63,089 nt of DNA, filler included, from Candidatus Woesearchaeota archaeon (GCA_003695265.1; 7 parts of 7 records of this genome joined end to end with filler, not necessarily neighbours in it); one strand, 5' to 3'. Numbered from the whole stretch's first letter, positions 48,359 through 57,509 are shown. A program made the numbers and translations. The notes: generated by a model not told the origin, from the sequence alone.

Positions 48359-48450
48359 GGTTAAGTAAATTTTGTTTTTTTTATGGAATCATAAAATTTT
48401 TTGATTCCAACCGCGCCACCTCGACACGAAAGCTTATTTCACTTAATCTG
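48359..48450 (+). repeat. Dispersed intergenic element, degenerate copy F
   Basis: GGTTAAGTAAATTTTG...TTTTTTGATTCCAACCGCGCCACC...CACTTAATCTG. Confidence 0.6.
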
Positions 48451-48605
48451 GTGATACCATAATAATCAATAAGTTTATATAATAGTTTTACAATATAATT
48501 ATAGATTGGGGTGTATCCAAAAAAATGCACTTGTTTGCAGAACCACGCTTTTCTGGCATTACATGTAATAATATTTTTTTGTTAGCACTTCTGGAGGTGA
48601 GCCTT

Positions 48606-48677
48606 ATGCGAGAATGGGATGAGCTTGAAAGCTATGAAGAAGACTATGACGATTATGATGAAGAAGACGAATACTAA
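48606..48677 (+). CDS. 23-aa acidic microprotein (not in ORF track)
   Basis: GGAGGTGA SD at 48593-48600; MREWDELESYEEDYDDYDEEDEY*; T-rich tract downstream. Confidence 0.55.
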   Translation: MREWDELESYEEDYDDYDEEDEY

Positions 48678-48895
48678 TTTTTTAATTTTTTTGATTAATT
48701 TTTTTTCTTTAAAGTAAAAAAATGATCTTATTTAGTTTCTAAACAATAAGAAAATATTCTAAAAAAACAAAAGGTTTAAATACTATGGGTATCATNNNNN
48801 NNNNNNNNNNNNNNNNNNNNNNNNNNNNNNNNNNNNNNNTTAATTAATTAANNNNNNNNNNNNNNNNNNNNNNNNNNNNNNNNNNNNNNNNNNNN

Positions 48896-49262
48896 ATTTT
48901 GCAACATAAACATTTCTTATCCCTTTCAAATGCTCTGCAAAGCTTTTTAAGACAGGAGATACAACAATATCAATCACAGAACTTTTGTTGTTTGTTATGA
49001 ACTCATTAATTGCTGGTAAGGAAACAATAAAGTCTCCTATCAAGCATGCACTCACAATAAGTATTCTTTTCTTTTTTTTACGATCTTTTCTGAGGGTGAG
49101 TATTGTTTTTACGTTTAGCCTGAAAAGGAAAGGAAGTTCTTTGAACAAGCGGAAGTACTCATAATTTATCCTGCTTTTTATAACATCTTCTAACTCCTCT
49201 TTTTCGAATATTCTTTTCTTTATCTTGTGAATCTTTTTCCCATTTTTTCTTAATACTCTCAT
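48896..49262 (-). CDS. GT9 (heptosyltransferase-like) glycosyltransferase, 5' fragment
   Basis: RILIV...IGDFIVSLPAI motif; cut by contig edge. Confidence 0.65.
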
Positions 49263-49350
49263 TATTAATTAGAAATCAGAACAATATATAAAAACGTTTT
49301 TGTGAAGCTCGCCCGCAAACTTTATTAATAAGCTGGCACAAACAAGAAAT

Positions 49351-49923
49351 ATGCAAAAAAAGAAAACACAACCAGGAAAAACCGAGCAAAAGCCAAAAGC
49401 AAAAGTTTCTTCTACTTGGAACTATGAAAATGTTATTACTGAAAGCAGCGACGAGGCAAGGGATTTTTACTCGAAGAGCAGGTTTGGAACTGTTTTAGAT
49501 GATGGTAAAGTGCAGCTTTCCTTAATAGAAGCCGCGTTTTTACTTGAAAAGGGAAAATTAAATGTTTTAGATGGAAGAAAGAAAAAGATAAGTTTTGACT
49601 CTTTCTTAAAAAAAGCCAGAAAAACAGACCCTGACTTCTGGATAAGGTACTCTGTTTTTAAAGACTTGAGAAATCGTGGTTATATTGTAAAGACAGCTCT
49701 CAAGTTTGGGGCTGACTTCAGGGTTTATGACCGTGGGATAAAACCTGGCGAGGACCATGCCAAATGGGTTGTTTATCCAGTTCATGAGGCAAAAGCCCTC
49801 ACTTGGTACGAGTTTGCTGCCAAAAACCGCGTCGCGCATTCAACCAAGAAAAGGCTTCTTATAGGTATTGTTGATGATGAGTGCGACGTTACTTATTACG
49901 AAATAAGGTGGATGAGGCCATAG
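49351..49923 (+). CDS. endA: tRNA splicing endonuclease, single catalytic alpha unit
   Basis: LSLIEA, DLRNRGYIVKTALKFGADFRVY, H in EDHAKW, AHSTKK (Tyr/His/Lys triad). Confidence 0.93.
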   Translation: MQKKKTQPGKTEQKPKAKVSSTWNYENVITESSDEARDFYSKSRFGTVLDDGKVQLSLIEAAFLLEKGKLNVLDGRKKKISFDSFLKKARKTDPDFWIRYSVFKDLRNRGYIVKTALKFGADFRVYDRGIKPGEDHAKWVVYPVHEAKALTWYEFAAKNRVAHSTKKRLLIGIVDDECDVTYYEIRWMRP

Positions 49924-49960
49924 CAATCTTTTTATAAAAACGAATTATCCTATTGCTTAT

Positions 49961-50863
49961 ATGATCGACAAGCAAAAAGTTCTTGATGAAATAAGGGTTA
50001 AAGGGCCTGTTTTGCCGCATCAAATAGCAAAAGCAATAGGAACAAACATATTGTTTGCTTCTGCTGTCTTATCCCAGCTTTCATCAGAAAAGCTTGTGAA
50101 GGTTTCCCATATAAAAGTCGGCGGCTCCCCTCTTTATTATGTTTCAGGCCAAGAGGCAAAACTAGAGCAGTATTCAGACAGGCTTCACGAAAAGGAGAGG
50201 AAAGCGTTCTCTCTGCTTAAAGAGAAAAAACTCTTGTACAATGAGGATCTTGACCCTGTGATGAAAGTTGCCCTGTCAAAAATAAAAGACTTCTCAAAAG
50301 CAATAACTGTCAAGTTTCGCGGCAAGGAACACTTGTTTTGGAAATGGTACTCTTTCCCAACATCAGAAGCTAGGCCGATAATAAAAGAAGTTCTTTATAA
50401 AAAGTTTGGTGGTCAAAACAAAAAGCAAGAATCCTCAAGTATTCCTGAAAAAACCATTAAAAACACTGAAAAAATACTTAAAACAAAAGATAAAGAAATC
50501 ACAGAAGATATCAAGGATAAAGACATAAAAAGAATAACCATTCCAGAACCTTCTTCTGTATTTCTTAAGAAAGCGCTCAATTTCTTTGAGAAAAACAACG
50601 TTTCTGTTTTGGATGTGAAAACAATCACAAAAAACAAGGAGTTTGACTTAATCGTTGTTGTTCCTTCGCCTGTTGGCTCAATAAAGTTTTATTGCAAGGC
50701 AAAAGACAAGAAGAAAATAAATGATTCCGACCTTAGCTCAGCTTTTGCCCACGGACAGATTAACAATTTGCCTGTGCTCTTCGTTTCGAAAGGGGACTTA
50801 ACAAAAAAAGCGGAAAAAATGCTAATTAACGAATTTTCAGGAATAATATATAAAAAGCTGTGA
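49961..50863 (+). CDS. Hypothetical protein (wHTH-like N-terminus, restriction-endonuclease-like C-terminus)
   Basis: HTH-like start; FDL...YCKAK C-terminal pattern; coupled to fen1. Domains are inferred. Confidence 0.55.
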   Translation: MIDKQKVLDEIRVKGPVLPHQIAKAIGTNILFASAVLSQLSSEKLVKVSHIKVGGSPLYYVSGQEAKLEQYSDRLHEKERKAFSLLKEKKLLYNEDLDPVMKVALSKIKDFSKAITVKFRGKEHLFWKWYSFPTSEARPIIKEVLYKKFGGQNKKQESSSIPEKTIKNTEKILKTKDKEITEDIKDKDIKRITIPEPSSVFLKKALNFFEKNNVSVLDVKTITKNKEFDLIVVVPSPVGSIKFYCKAKDKKKINDSDLSSAFAHGQINNLPVLFVSKGDLTKKAEKMLINEFSGIIYKKL

Positions 50864-50879
50864 TGTGAAAAAGTTTAAA

Positions 50880-51914
50880 ATGGGTGTCCAATTAAAAGAA
50901 ATCATCACGAAAAAAGAGGTTGATTTTGCTTTTTTTAAAGGGAAAATCCTCGTTATAGATGCGCATAACAACTTATACCAGTATTTGACAACTATTAGGC
51001 AGAGAGATGGTTCTCCATTAACTGATTCCCATGGAAATGTTACTTCACACCTTTCAGGCTTGCTTAACAGAACAGTTAATTTAATCTCGCTCGGAATCAA
51101 CGTGGCTTTTGTTTTTGACGGCAAGCCTCCAGAGCTGAAGAAGGAAGAACTCGAAAAAAGGAAATCTCTGAAAATTGCCGCCCAAAAAAAATATGAAGTT
51201 GCACGAGAAAGGGGTGATATAGAAGAAATGAGAAAACAGGCTTCCAGAACATCACGGCTTACAGAGGAAATGATAAGAGAAGCGAAAGAGCTTATAAAAG
51301 CTTTCGGATTGCCTGCAATTCAAGCGCCGTCAGAAGGGGAAGCACAGGCAGCTTACATAGTGAAAAAAGGAGATGCGTTCGCGTCAGTCAGCCAGGACTA
51401 CGACAGCCTTCTCTTCGGAGCTCCGAAGCTCGTGCAGAACTTAACTTCTTCGAGGAGAAAAATGCCGAACAAGCAGCTTTACGAGAGAGTAATGCCTTGT
51501 CTTATAAGCTTGGATGAAAACCTGAACAACCTCGGAATTGACAGTGATCAATTAATTGCTTTGGCCATGCTTGTAGGAACAGACTTTAATCCTGGCGGAA
51601 TAAGGGGGATCGGCCCGAAAAACGCTCTAAAACTGGTTAAAGAGCACAAAAAAGATTTTAACAAGCTTTTTTCACACGTTAAGTGGGATGACTACATCTC
51701 AGCTTCTTGGGAGGAAATTTTTTCCATCTTTAAAGAAATGCCTGTTTCTGAAGATTACTCTCTTGAATGGTCTGAGCCGGACACAGAAAAAATAATAAAA
51801 ATTCTTGTTGACAAGCACGACTTTTCAGAGGAACGCGTTAATAACACTCTCTCAAAATTAAAGAAAAAAAGCTTTGACAAAGCCCAAAAAGGATTAAACG
51901 ACTTTTTTAACTAA
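50880..51914 (+). CDS. fen1: Flap endonuclease 1
   Basis: MGV start, YQYLTTIRQRDG, FVFDGKPP, APSEGEAQAA, SQDYD, GTDFN, PIP box QKGLNDFF. Confidence 0.96.
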   Translation: MGVQLKEIITKKEVDFAFFKGKILVIDAHNNLYQYLTTIRQRDGSPLTDSHGNVTSHLSGLLNRTVNLISLGINVAFVFDGKPPELKKEELEKRKSLKIAAQKKYEVARERGDIEEMRKQASRTSRLTEEMIREAKELIKAFGLPAIQAPSEGEAQAAYIVKKGDAFASVSQDYDSLLFGAPKLVQNLTSSRRKMPNKQLYERVMPCLISLDENLNNLGIDSDQLIALAMLVGTDFNPGGIRGIGPKNALKLVKEHKKDFNKLFSHVKWDDYISASWEEIFSIFKEMPVSEDYSLEWSEPDTEKIIKILVDKHDFSEERVNNTLSKLKKKSFDKAQKGLNDFFN

Positions 51915-51917
51915 AAA

Positions 51918-52787
51918 ATGTTATGGCTTATTTTTGCTTTGGGAAGCGCTTTTTTCGCAGCTGCAGCATCAATAATTCAGAAAAAAGCACTTATTAAAGA
52001 GCACGCAATGGAATTTTCTGCTGTATTAGCTCTGATTAACGCTGTTATATCTCTTTTTTTACTTCCTTTTGTTGATTTTAATATTTCAACCATGAATCTT
52101 CTTTGGGTTTATCTTGCATCTTGGCTTGGCACTGTTGCTTTTCTGCACACAGCCAGAGCAATAAGGCACATGCAAATATCCCTTGCTTCTCCAATGCTGA
52201 ATTTTGGCCCAGCGTTCTCGGCAATCCTCGCAGCATTCATTCTTGGGGAAAAACTTGTTTTATACCAGTGGCTCGGCATTATTTTGCTTGTGATAGGAGC
52301 TTATGTTTTGGAAATTGACCACAAGTTTTCTGATTTAATCGAGCCTTTCAGAAGAATTAAAAGCTCAAAATATATTCATTTCATTTTTTTTGCCCTTCTT
52401 CTTTACGGCTTTTCCAGCATTATTGACAGATATGTTGTGACACACGGCGTTTCGCCGATTTCATATATTTTCTTTGCACACATCTTTATTGCGATTAACT
52501 TTTTTGTTTTGCTAAATGTTATGTATGACGGCGTTAAGGGGATAATTCACGGACTGTCAAAAATGGGAATCCCAATCTTGTTAGTTTCTTTATTTACATT
52601 AACTTACCGCTTCTTTCAGATTAAGGCAGTGTCAATGACTTTTCTTGCTCTTGTCGTCTCAATAAAAAGGACCAGCACGATCTTAGCAACACTTATAGGT
52701 GGGGAATTGTTTCATGAAGAAGGTCTCATATTAAAATTGGTCGCCTGTGCAATAATGGTTGTCGGCGCTGTGTTGGTGGCAATATGA
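51918..52787 (+). CDS. EamA/DMT family transporter
   Basis: About ten TM helices in two repeats with LGE/FHE motifs. Confidence 0.85.
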   Translation: MLWLIFALGSAFFAAAASIIQKKALIKEHAMEFSAVLALINAVISLFLLPFVDFNISTMNLLWVYLASWLGTVAFLHTARAIRHMQISLASPMLNFGPAFSAILAAFILGEKLVLYQWLGIILLVIGAYVLEIDHKFSDLIEPFRRIKSSKYIHFIFFALLLYGFSSIIDRYVVTHGVSPISYIFFAHIFIAINFFVLLNVMYDGVKGIIHGLSKMGIPILLVSLFTLTYRFFQIKAVSMTFLALVVSIKRTSTILATLIGGELFHEEGLILKLVACAIMVVGAVLVAI

Positions 52788-53605
52788 AAAAGTTGGAAAT
52801 AAAAGGTCTTACAGAAAAAGAGCTTTCATTAATTCCAAAATCTTTTGACGTTGTCGGAGACATGCTTATATTTTCAGACTTTCCGCCTGAGCTTGAGAAA
52901 AAAGAGAAAATTATCGGCGAGGCATTCTTAAATTTTCATAAGAATGTAAAAGTCGTTTTAAAAAAAATAAGGCAGTACTCCGGCGAGTTCAGGACGCCGA
53001 AGCTTAAGATTATTGCTGGCGAGCGAAGAAAAGAAACAATTCACACAGAGCACGGCTGCAGGCTGAAGCTGAACCCTGAAAAAGCGTATTTTTCCTCAAG
53101 GCTCAGCACAGAGCGCAAGAGAATTTACCAGCAGGTCAAAAAAGGAGAGTCTGTTCTTGTGATGTTTTCAGGCGTTGCACCTTATCCTGTTGTTATAGCA
53201 AAGAATTCTAAGCCAAAAGAGGTTTATGGTATAGAAATAAACCCTTTGGCGCACAAATACGCTGAGGAAAACATTAAGTTAAACAAATTAAGCAATGTCA
53301 AGCTTTTTTGCGGCGACGTAAGAAAAGTTTTGCCTAAGATAAACAAGAAGTTTGACCGCATTATCATGCCTCTCCCAAAAGGAGCAGAGCATTTCCTTGG
53401 CTTGGCATTTGGCAAAATAAAAAAGAATGGAATAATCCATTTTTATGATTTCTTAGAGGAAAAAGACATTCCCAAATCATCCGTCGAAAAAATAAAAAGG
53501 TCCTGCAAAGCATCAAAAAAGAAATGCAGGATTCTGAGAACTGTCAAGTGCGGCCAATATTCACCTTACAAGTTCAGAGTCTGTGTGGATTTTAAGGTAA
53601 TTTAG
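52784..53605 (+). CDS. trm5: Trm5/Met10+-like tRNA methyltransferase
   Basis: FDVVGD, GEFR, YFSSRL.TER, MFSGVAPY, EINP, DRIIMPLP. Confidence 0.85.
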   Translation: MKKLEIKGLTEKELSLIPKSFDVVGDMLIFSDFPPELEKKEKIIGEAFLNFHKNVKVVLKKIRQYSGEFRTPKLKIIAGERRKETIHTEHGCRLKLNPEKAYFSSRLSTERKRIYQQVKKGESVLVMFSGVAPYPVVIAKNSKPKEVYGIEINPLAHKYAEENIKLNKLSNVKLFCGDVRKVLPKINKKFDRIIMPLPKGAEHFLGLAFGKIKKNGIIHFYDFLEEKDIPKSSVEKIKRSCKASKKKCRILRTVKCGQYSPYKFRVCVDFKVI

Positions 53606-53652
53606 GGAAAACCAGCAAAAAATTATTTATATTAACAAATCATTTTACTTAT

Positions 53653-53720
53653 CGCGCGATGATTTGGTGAACACCCACTGATCCGCGAGGAGATGATGAA
53701 CGGTAGTAACTGATGAGCGC
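53653..53720 (+). ncRNA. Archaeal C/D box guide sRNA
   Basis: C GCGATGA 53656-53662, D' CTGA 53678-53681, hairpin TCC-GCGA-GGA, C' ATGATGA 53693-53699, D CTGA 53710-53713; TATA-like box upstream. Confidence 0.85.
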
Positions 53721-53727
53721 ACCTCAT

Positions 53728-54876
53728 TCATCCAAACATCCTGAAGAAGTCAGAACCGTACTCTTCCTCTTCTTGTTTTACTTTTTCAATAGCGTCCAAG
53801 AAATACTTTTCTTTAATTGTTGTCTTGTTGTCCCTGATTGCAAAATAACCTGCTTCTGTGGCAACGGCCTTTATTTCTGCTCCTGAAAAACCTTCCATTC
53901 TTCCAATTATCTTGTTCTTGTCAATGTTCTTTGCAAGCTTCATTCCTTTTGTGTGAATATCAAATATTTTTGCCCTACCCCCCTTGTCTGGTAGAGGAAC
54001 TTCTATCAAGCGGTCAAGCCTTCCCGGCCTGAGAACAGCAGGGTCAAGTATGTCTTTCCTGTTAGTGCAGCCGATGACTTTAACATTTCCTAAATGCTTA
54101 AAACCATCAATTTCCGCAAGGAACTGCATGAATGTTCTTTGAACTTCTCTTTCGCCACTTGTTCCAAGCTCGATCCTTTTCGCAGCCAGGGCGTCAAGCT
54201 CGTCAATAAAAACTATTGAAGGCGCTTTCTCTTTTGCAAGCTGGAATATTTCTTTAATCAGCTTTGCTCCCTCACCGATAAACTTCTGCACAACTTCGGA
54301 CCCTACTATTTCAATAAAAGTTGAGTTGGTTGAGGCAGCAACTGCCTTTGCTAGGAGGGTCTTCCCTGTTCCTGGAGGTCCGTAAAGCAGTATTCCTTTC
54401 GGTGGCTGAATCCCAACTTTTTTGAACAACTCAGGCTTTTTAAGCGGAAGCTCAACAACCTCTTTGATTTCCTCGATTTGCTCATCAAGCCCGCCAATTT
54501 CTTTCCAATAAACCTTTGGCTTTTCCAAAATAACAAACTTTTCAACTGTGAACTGCTTTGACGACTTTATCTTCTTCACAACAGTCAAATTTTTTTGCTC
54601 TACAAGAACCGTGTCTCCAAGCCTTAATTTTTGGCATTCATTAGAAATATTGACGAAGAAATGGTTTCCGTTCGGCAGCCTTATGACAGCATGGCCATCG
54701 ATTAAGTCAATCACAGAGCAAACCATAAGCGGCGCGTGCGTAAACCTGTCAAGATTTTCCTTAAGCCTTGAAACAGTCTCTCTTAATACCTTATTTTCTT
54801 CCTCAAGCTGATATATCTCACTATTAAAATTATAACTTATGACTTTCTCCTCATTATCTTCTTTTGCTGGTGGCAT
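53728..54876 (-). CDS. pan: Proteasome-activating nucleotidase
   Basis: Coiled coil plus OB domain, GPPGTGKT, FIDELD, SGEREVQRT, LRPGRLDR. Confidence 0.95.
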   Translation of the reverse strand: MPPAKEDNEEKVISYNFNSEIYQLEEENKVLRETVSRLKENLDRFTHAPLMVCSVIDLIDGHAVIRLPNGNHFFVNISNECQKLRLGDTVLVEQKNLTVVKKIKSSKQFTVEKFVILEKPKVYWKEIGGLDEQIEEIKEVVELPLKKPELFKKVGIQPPKGILLYGPPGTGKTLLAKAVAASTNSTFIEIVGSEVVQKFIGEGAKLIKEIFQLAKEKAPSIVFIDELDALAAKRIELGTSGEREVQRTFMQFLAEIDGFKHLGNVKVIGCTNRKDILDPAVLRPGRLDRLIEVPLPDKGGRAKIFDIHTKGMKLAKNIDKNKIIGRMEGFSGAEIKAVATEAGYFAIRDNKTTIKEKYFLDAIEKVKQEEEEYGSDFFRMFG

Positions 54877-54897
54877 AATACTCTCTCTGAATGACGC

Positions 54898-55950
54898 TTA
54901 ATTTATAAAATTTTCCTTGATTATTAATTTTTTTGTTGATTTTGTCAGAGAAACCGCTTTTTCCTTTGTCATCAAGACTGTGTCCTCTATTCTTATTCCG
55001 AACTTGTTCTTAACATACATTCCAGGTTCTATCGTGAAAACAACCCCTTCTTTAAGCCTTTCTTTTGACTTATTATTTATTTTTGGCATTTCATGCACTT
55101 CAACGCCAATACCATGCCCTAACCCATGAATAAAATACTTGTTCCCTATCCACTTTCTTGCGAACAAATCAAGTTCAGAGCACTTAACCCTTGTTCTTGC
55201 CATTTCAATTATTTTTTCCTGTATTCTTCTTAATTTTTCGTATAATACAATGTCTTTTCGGCTAGGTTTCCCCAAATACAAAGTCCTGCTCATGTCAGAG
55301 CAGTACCCTTTATAGCGGGCGCCGAAGTCTATAACGCAAAAACCTTTTCCGAGCTTTTTATCGCTCGTCTTATAATGCGGCAGAGAGCTGTTTTTTCCAG
55401 AAGCAATTATGGGCTCAAAAGCAAGGTCGCAACCGTTTTTCTTAATTTCTTTCCCAATAAAGCAAAGCACATCCATCTCTGTCCTAAATCTGAAATTTTT
55501 AACAAGTTTCGCAAAAACAGCATCTGTTACTGAACATGCTTTTTTTATTTTTTCAATTTCTTCCTTACCTTTTACCAATCTTTGTTCTGCAACAACCTTA
55601 CTAATATCCTTAAAGCTTGCCTTAAGCTCTTTTTTTAACCTGGAAAGCAAAGAAACCTGTATTTTGTTGTAATCAACACCAATTCTCCTAACATTTTTGC
55701 CAAGGAGTCCTCTTAGCTTGTCAAACAAGTTCTCTGCCACGTATTTTTTTACACCTATTCTCTTTTCATACTCCATTCTCGGCACAATAATAAACAAATC
55801 TCCTTTCTTCGGCACAACCAACACTCCAGAGCCGTCATAACCTGAAAAATACATTACGTTAGGGTCTGGTTGTAATCCAAATGAGAAAAACAAGGCAGCA
55901 TCAATCTTTTTTCTTTGCAGTTCTTTTTGAAAAACAGAAGCTTTCATCAT
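54898..55950 (-). CDS. Xaa-Pro peptidase (M24)
   Basis: PH, DFGA...SDMSRT, HGLGHGIG.EVHE, TIEPG, GIRIED. Confidence 0.93.
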   Translation of the reverse strand: MMKASVFQKELQRKKIDAALFFSFGLQPDPNVMYFSGYDGSGVLVVPKKGDLFIIVPRMEYEKRIGVKKYVAENLFDKLRGLLGKNVRRIGVDYNKIQVSLLSRLKKELKASFKDISKVVAEQRLVKGKEEIEKIKKACSVTDAVFAKLVKNFRFRTEMDVLCFIGKEIKKNGCDLAFEPIIASGKNSSLPHYKTSDKKLGKGFCVIDFGARYKGYCSDMSRTLYLGKPSRKDIVLYEKLRRIQEKIIEMARTRVKCSELDLFARKWIGNKYFIHGLGHGIGVEVHEMPKINNKSKERLKEGVVFTIEPGMYVKNKFGIRIEDTVLMTKEKAVSLTKSTKKLIIKENFIN

Positions 55951-56978
55951 GAAGGATAAGCTTTTTTAATAAGTGACTCTTTGCCTTTCATCGCTTTTCT
56001 TACTGGATCGCACAGTTCGTTAATTTCTTCAGCGAGTGCGTTCTTTAAATCCATTGGATGAAGCTTTTTTGCAGCGAAATCAGCCTCAACTTCCTCATAT
56101 TTCCTGTAAGAAACATTACCACCAAATTTTTCAGGCCTTTTAACCTCAAACAATTCTCCTTTGTCTTGCTTTAATACCATTAGAACGTGCTTTAAAAAAG
56201 CTAAAACACCGTTTTCCTCTACCTCTCCTTCAGGGCAGAAAGCCTTGTTCATCTTTTTCTTTATTGTTTCAAAATCGTCAAGAAGGTCAATCTTTGACGA
56301 TTCTACCGAGGCGCTCATTTTTCCACCTGTAAGTCCTGGAATCATAGGAGTCATTACCTCAACCCTTCTCTTATACCCTATTTTAGGCAAGTACTCGCGA
56401 GCAAACATAAGTATTTTTCTTTGATCTGTGCCGCCATACTGAACATCAACTCCAAGGTATTGCTCGTCAAGAGCCTGCATTATTGGATAAATAAGGCCGG
56501 AGAGCTTTGGGTTGTCCTCCTGCTTCACAACTTCAGAGCCAGCCTTTTTTGCGTCATGGACAGAAGCGTAAGTTGCCATTTTCAGCACGTCATAAAAATA
56601 ATCAGCATTTTTTTGGAAGGATGAGCCTTTTATTATCTCAAAATTCTTGATATCAGCGCCGACTGACTTGAACATCGCAGGCACAACAATCTTGTAATAC
56701 TCGTACCTTGCATCGAGCAAATCCCACGGCGTCTTGTCTAAAGCGCCGTGAAGGTCAGCCAGCAAAAGCTTTACCTTAAAGCCTGCTTTCAAAAAATCCG
56801 CTAGTTTGAGCACGAAAATAAAATATGCTATATGCGGCCTGCCTGTCACAGCTGTTCCGAGGTACACTGAGGGCTGCTTTTTCTCCTTTAGCAACTGCAA
56901 AAGTTCTTCTTCTGTTACTATTTCCTCAGTGTTCCTCTTTATAATCTCAAACCTTTCTTTTACGTCCATAATAAGCAA
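55947..56978 (-). CDS. tyrS: Tyrosine--tRNA ligase
   Basis: TGRPHIAY, YPIMQALD, GGTDQRKI, KMSAS, LHPMDLK. Confidence 0.96.
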   Translation of the reverse strand: MLIMDVKERFEIIKRNTEEIVTEEELLQLLKEKKQPSVYLGTAVTGRPHIAYFIFVLKLADFLKAGFKVKLLLADLHGALDKTPWDLLDARYEYYKIVVPAMFKSVGADIKNFEIIKGSSFQKNADYFYDVLKMATYASVHDAKKAGSEVVKQEDNPKLSGLIYPIMQALDEQYLGVDVQYGGTDQRKILMFAREYLPKIGYKRRVEVMTPMIPGLTGGKMSASVESSKIDLLDDFETIKKKMNKAFCPEGEVEENGVLAFLKHVLMVLKQDKGELFEVKRPEKFGGNVSYRKYEEVEADFAAKKLHPMDLKNALAEEINELCDPVRKAMKGKESLIKKAYPS

Positions 56979-57171
56979 TAAAAATCCACTATTTATTTAA
57001 ATCTTTCTTGACTGTCAAACAAATAACTGATTTACCATAATGGTTTTTTTCTAAGATATACCTGTTCGCTCACAAAACTTGGCAGTCCAACAACATAAGA
57101 CGCCTTACCCATAACAAAACATTTAAATACAACATAAACTCTATGATTTTGTAATAGAAAGGTGTTTTTGA

Positions 57172-57435
57172 ATGGCTGAAGAAGAAAAAAGGTTCTCAAA
57201 ACAATTAATAGGAAAAACAGTGGTTAGCAAGACAGGAAAAAGGTTCGGAGAAGTAGGAGATATAGTATTTGAGACAAGGTCTGGAGAGCTCATTCACATG
57301 GTATTGGCAAACCCAACTTCATACACTGAGAAATTGGAGCTTGAAAGGGATGCTAACAACAACATCCTAATACCTTTCAGTGCAGTAATTGCCATAGGTG
57401 ACTTCATGGTTATTGCTGAGGAGGATATTATTTAA
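57172..57435 (+). CDS. PRC-barrel protein (CdpB-like cell-division candidate)
   Basis: LIGKTVVSKTG..FGEV.DI...SG.L, IPFSAV.AIGD. Confidence 0.8.
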   Translation: MAEEEKRFSKQLIGKTVVSKTGKRFGEVGDIVFETRSGELIHMVLANPTSYTEKLELERDANNNILIPFSAVIAIGDFMVIAEEDII

Positions 57436-57509
57436 GTTTCTTTATTCACTTATTGATAAGCCAATTTCTAAAAGTATTAATATTAGTTATCCCTTTCTAA
57501 TTCTTAATA

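Noticed and set aside
10086..48450. Dispersed element as CRISPR repeats, integron attC sites or ORB origin boxes
   Set aside because: Copies are kilobases apart with no spacer array, lack RYYYAAC/GTTRRRY ends, do not match the ORB consensus, and no cas, intI or cdc6 gene is nearby.
57031..57111. 26-codon minus-strand ORF upstream of tyrS
   Set aside because: No SD, motif or compositional support; lies in a divergent promoter region.
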